NCBI RefSeq assembly: GCF_035594765.1
Contig: NC_085842.1
Coordinates: 83,986,782 to 84,050,781, forward strand
From: Anolis carolinensis
Taxonomy: Eukaryota
Length of the DNA stretch: 64,000 nt
Direction: 5' to 3'
The notes beneath the pieces were generated by a model. It did no database searches. It saw only the letters and a program-made list of their open reading frames with translations, and was not told where the DNA came from. Made by a program: the position numbers and the translations under genes. Below are positions 61,865 to 64,000 of this stretch, in pieces. Numbering within the stretch: the first letter of the stretch is position 1; each line of letters opens with the position of its first letter.

Positions 61865-62446
61865 GGAGTTTTGGCTTGCATCAATAGGAGTATAGTGTCT
61901 AGATCCAGGGAAGTCATGCTATCCCTCTATTCTGCCTTGGTCAGACCACACCTGGAATACTGTGTCCAATTTTGGGCACCGCAGTTGAAGGGAGATGTTG
62001 ACAAGCTGGAAAGCGTCCAGAGGAGGGCGACTAAAATGATTAAGGGTCTGAAGAACAAGTCTTATGAGGAGTGGCTTAAAGAGCTGGGCATGTTTAGCCT
62101 GCAGAAGAGAAGGTTGAGAGGGGACATGATAGCCACGTATAAATATGTGAGGGGAAGTCATAGGGAGGAGAGAGCAAGCTTGTTTTCTGCCACCCTGGAG
62201 ACTAGGACACGGAACAATGGCTTCAAACGACAGGAAAGGAAATTCCACCAGAACATCAGGAAGAACTTCCTCACTGTGAGGGCTGTTCAGCAGTGGAACT
62301 CTCTCCCCCGGAGTGTGGTGGAGGCTCCTTCTTTGGAGGCTCCATCTGTCGAGGGTGCTTTGAATGCGATTTCCTGCTTCTTGGCAGGGGGTTGGACTGG
62401 ATGGCCCATGAGGTCTCTTCCAACTCTATGATTCTATGATTCTATG
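61865..62446 (+). mobile_element. CR1 LINE 3' fragment
   Basis: ORF 61862-62431 matches the ORF2 C-terminus of the 47879 copy; (ATTCTATG)n tail; TSD AGTTG. Confidence 0.92.
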
Positions 62447-63210
62447 AGTTGAGGCAGTCAGTTCCTGGTAGCAATTTCTTTGTTGGAGCTGTAGCCTTGA
62501 GACCTTGTGTGTTTTCTTGGACTTTGTGTGATAGACTGAATCTTGGATTTTGGTGGTAGATTGTGTATTACACCTTGTACTGTGTTTGATATGGATTTCT
62601 TGGATAATGGAACTTTGGAAAGTCCTCATGGGTTGCTTTACTCTTTATCCCTTGTATGCGATTCACTGGTGCCTTGACCTTGGACTGACTCTGGCTTACT
62701 CTTGTGTGTTTCCTGCTTGCTACATAGCCAAACCTGGGAGAAACCTGACAGCACATTAGATTCAATGGTGCCTTAGAATTGCACACCTAAACTCATATGT
62801 GCTGTTGAGCAGGAGATCCCAGCAGAGGAGAGAAGAAAGAGGCAGCGGCGGCAGTGAAAAGGCTGATGGGAAGACCAGATGGAGGGGCACAGTAGGCCTC
62901 AGATTACAATTGACAACAAATCCTTTTTTAAATAAAGCACACATTCAAATTCAGTTGTGTATTACATTTGATGATGCATTATACTCAAGTAAATATAGGT
63001 AATTCTAGATAGAAAACTACTAATGCTATCAACACTGTTTTTTCTGTTGTAAGCTACAAATGATAATACAATTTTCATTACATTTCTGAGATCAAACTAG
63101 CTTTCTTTTCTCACTCTGGATGAAACATGCTTGTATCCCTGGGGTGAAAGTAGGGGGGGGGGTTGTGGTGGTGGAGAGAGTGCTGTTACTTCATCCATCA
63201 ACCACAAGAT

Positions 63211-63477
63211 TTTTTTATTGTGTTAGAAGTGACTTGAGAACATACTTCAAGTTGCTTTTGGTGTGAGAGAATTGGCCATCTACAGAGACGTTGCCCAGGG
63301 GATGCCCCCAAGTGTTATCTAGGAGGCTTCTCTCATGTCCCCGCAAGCTAGAGCTGACAGATGGGAGCTCACCCCATCTCGTGGATTCAAACCGGCAACC
63401 TTCAGGTCAGCAATCCAACCTTCGGGTCAGCAATTTAGCTGGCACAAGGGTTTAACCCATTTAGCCACTGCGGCTTC
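63211..63477 (-). mobile_element. tRNA-derived SINE with a Vingi-like 3' tail
   Basis: Minus-strand A box TGGCTAAATGG and B box GGTTTGAATCC; tail CTTCTAACACAATAAAAAA. Confidence 0.7.
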
Positions 63478-64000
63478 TAGCCAAAAGATAAAAGTTATAC
63501 AAATTGTTATTAAATCAAAAACTCCAAGAAAGATAGATCAGCCCAGCCCAAACTGCAGTTAAAAGTTCACTTAAAAGCTTCCAACCTTGTTCTGGCTTGT
63601 GCACAACTCATAAAGACATTTGATTTCGCTTTCACACTACTTCAGGATACTATAGAAGAATGAAAAAGGTATATTTTTTCACATTTCTTTATGGAGCAGA
63701 ATGCTATTATCTGAGCATAGGGCATTTATGGCTTTCTTTTCTGTCCAATCTCTCTTTTTTATAGGGTCTTCCTCTTCAGTCTTTCCTCACCCTTTGTAAA
63801 TAGTGAATTGAGTATGTAACATATCGCATGAGGCTGCTAAAAGTTGTTCCATCACAAACCCCTGTTGCATGCTAGCTCTTCTCATTCCACCAAGTCTTAT
63901 TGAAAGCACTTTGAAAAAGCTGGAATACTGGAACTCCCTCCCTAAAGAAATAAAAATGGTCTCCATCCTTCTCTCCTTTAAGAAACAGTTAAAGACACAT

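Overview
Eukaryotic (vertebrate) DNA, very probably a squamate such as an Anolis lizard, judging from its Sauria-type SINE, CR1/L2/RTE/Vingi LINEs and Penelope-derived repeats; the species is inferred, not searched. The window is a head-to-tail cluster of intronless bitter-taste receptor (TAS2R-type) genes, all on the + strand. Five ORFs are intact (11606, 15341, 32048, 44705, 58463), three are clear pseudogenes (7213, 29446, 49904) and one or two are eroded remnants (46967, possibly ~60150). They are embedded in dense transposon sequence, including a complete and apparently very young Tf1/sushi-type chromoviral Gypsy element (34666-41097, minus strand) and a diverged solo LTR of a sister family (2486-3351). 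The most notable signals are: (1) a POU octamer (ATTTGCAT or a 1-mismatch variant) about 120-165 bp upstream of all nine TAS2R starts, plus a duplicated distal module packed with octamers, suggesting a POU2F3-type regulatory system; (2) an LTR-encoded integrase C-terminal tail conserved at the protein level between two LTR families and ending in an HMGN-like RRSxRI motif; (3) a tRNA-independent self-priming structure in that retrotransposon; (4) minimal hammerhead ribozyme motifs in Penelope-derived repeats. Repeat family names come from recognition by eye and need Dfam/Repbase confirmation.
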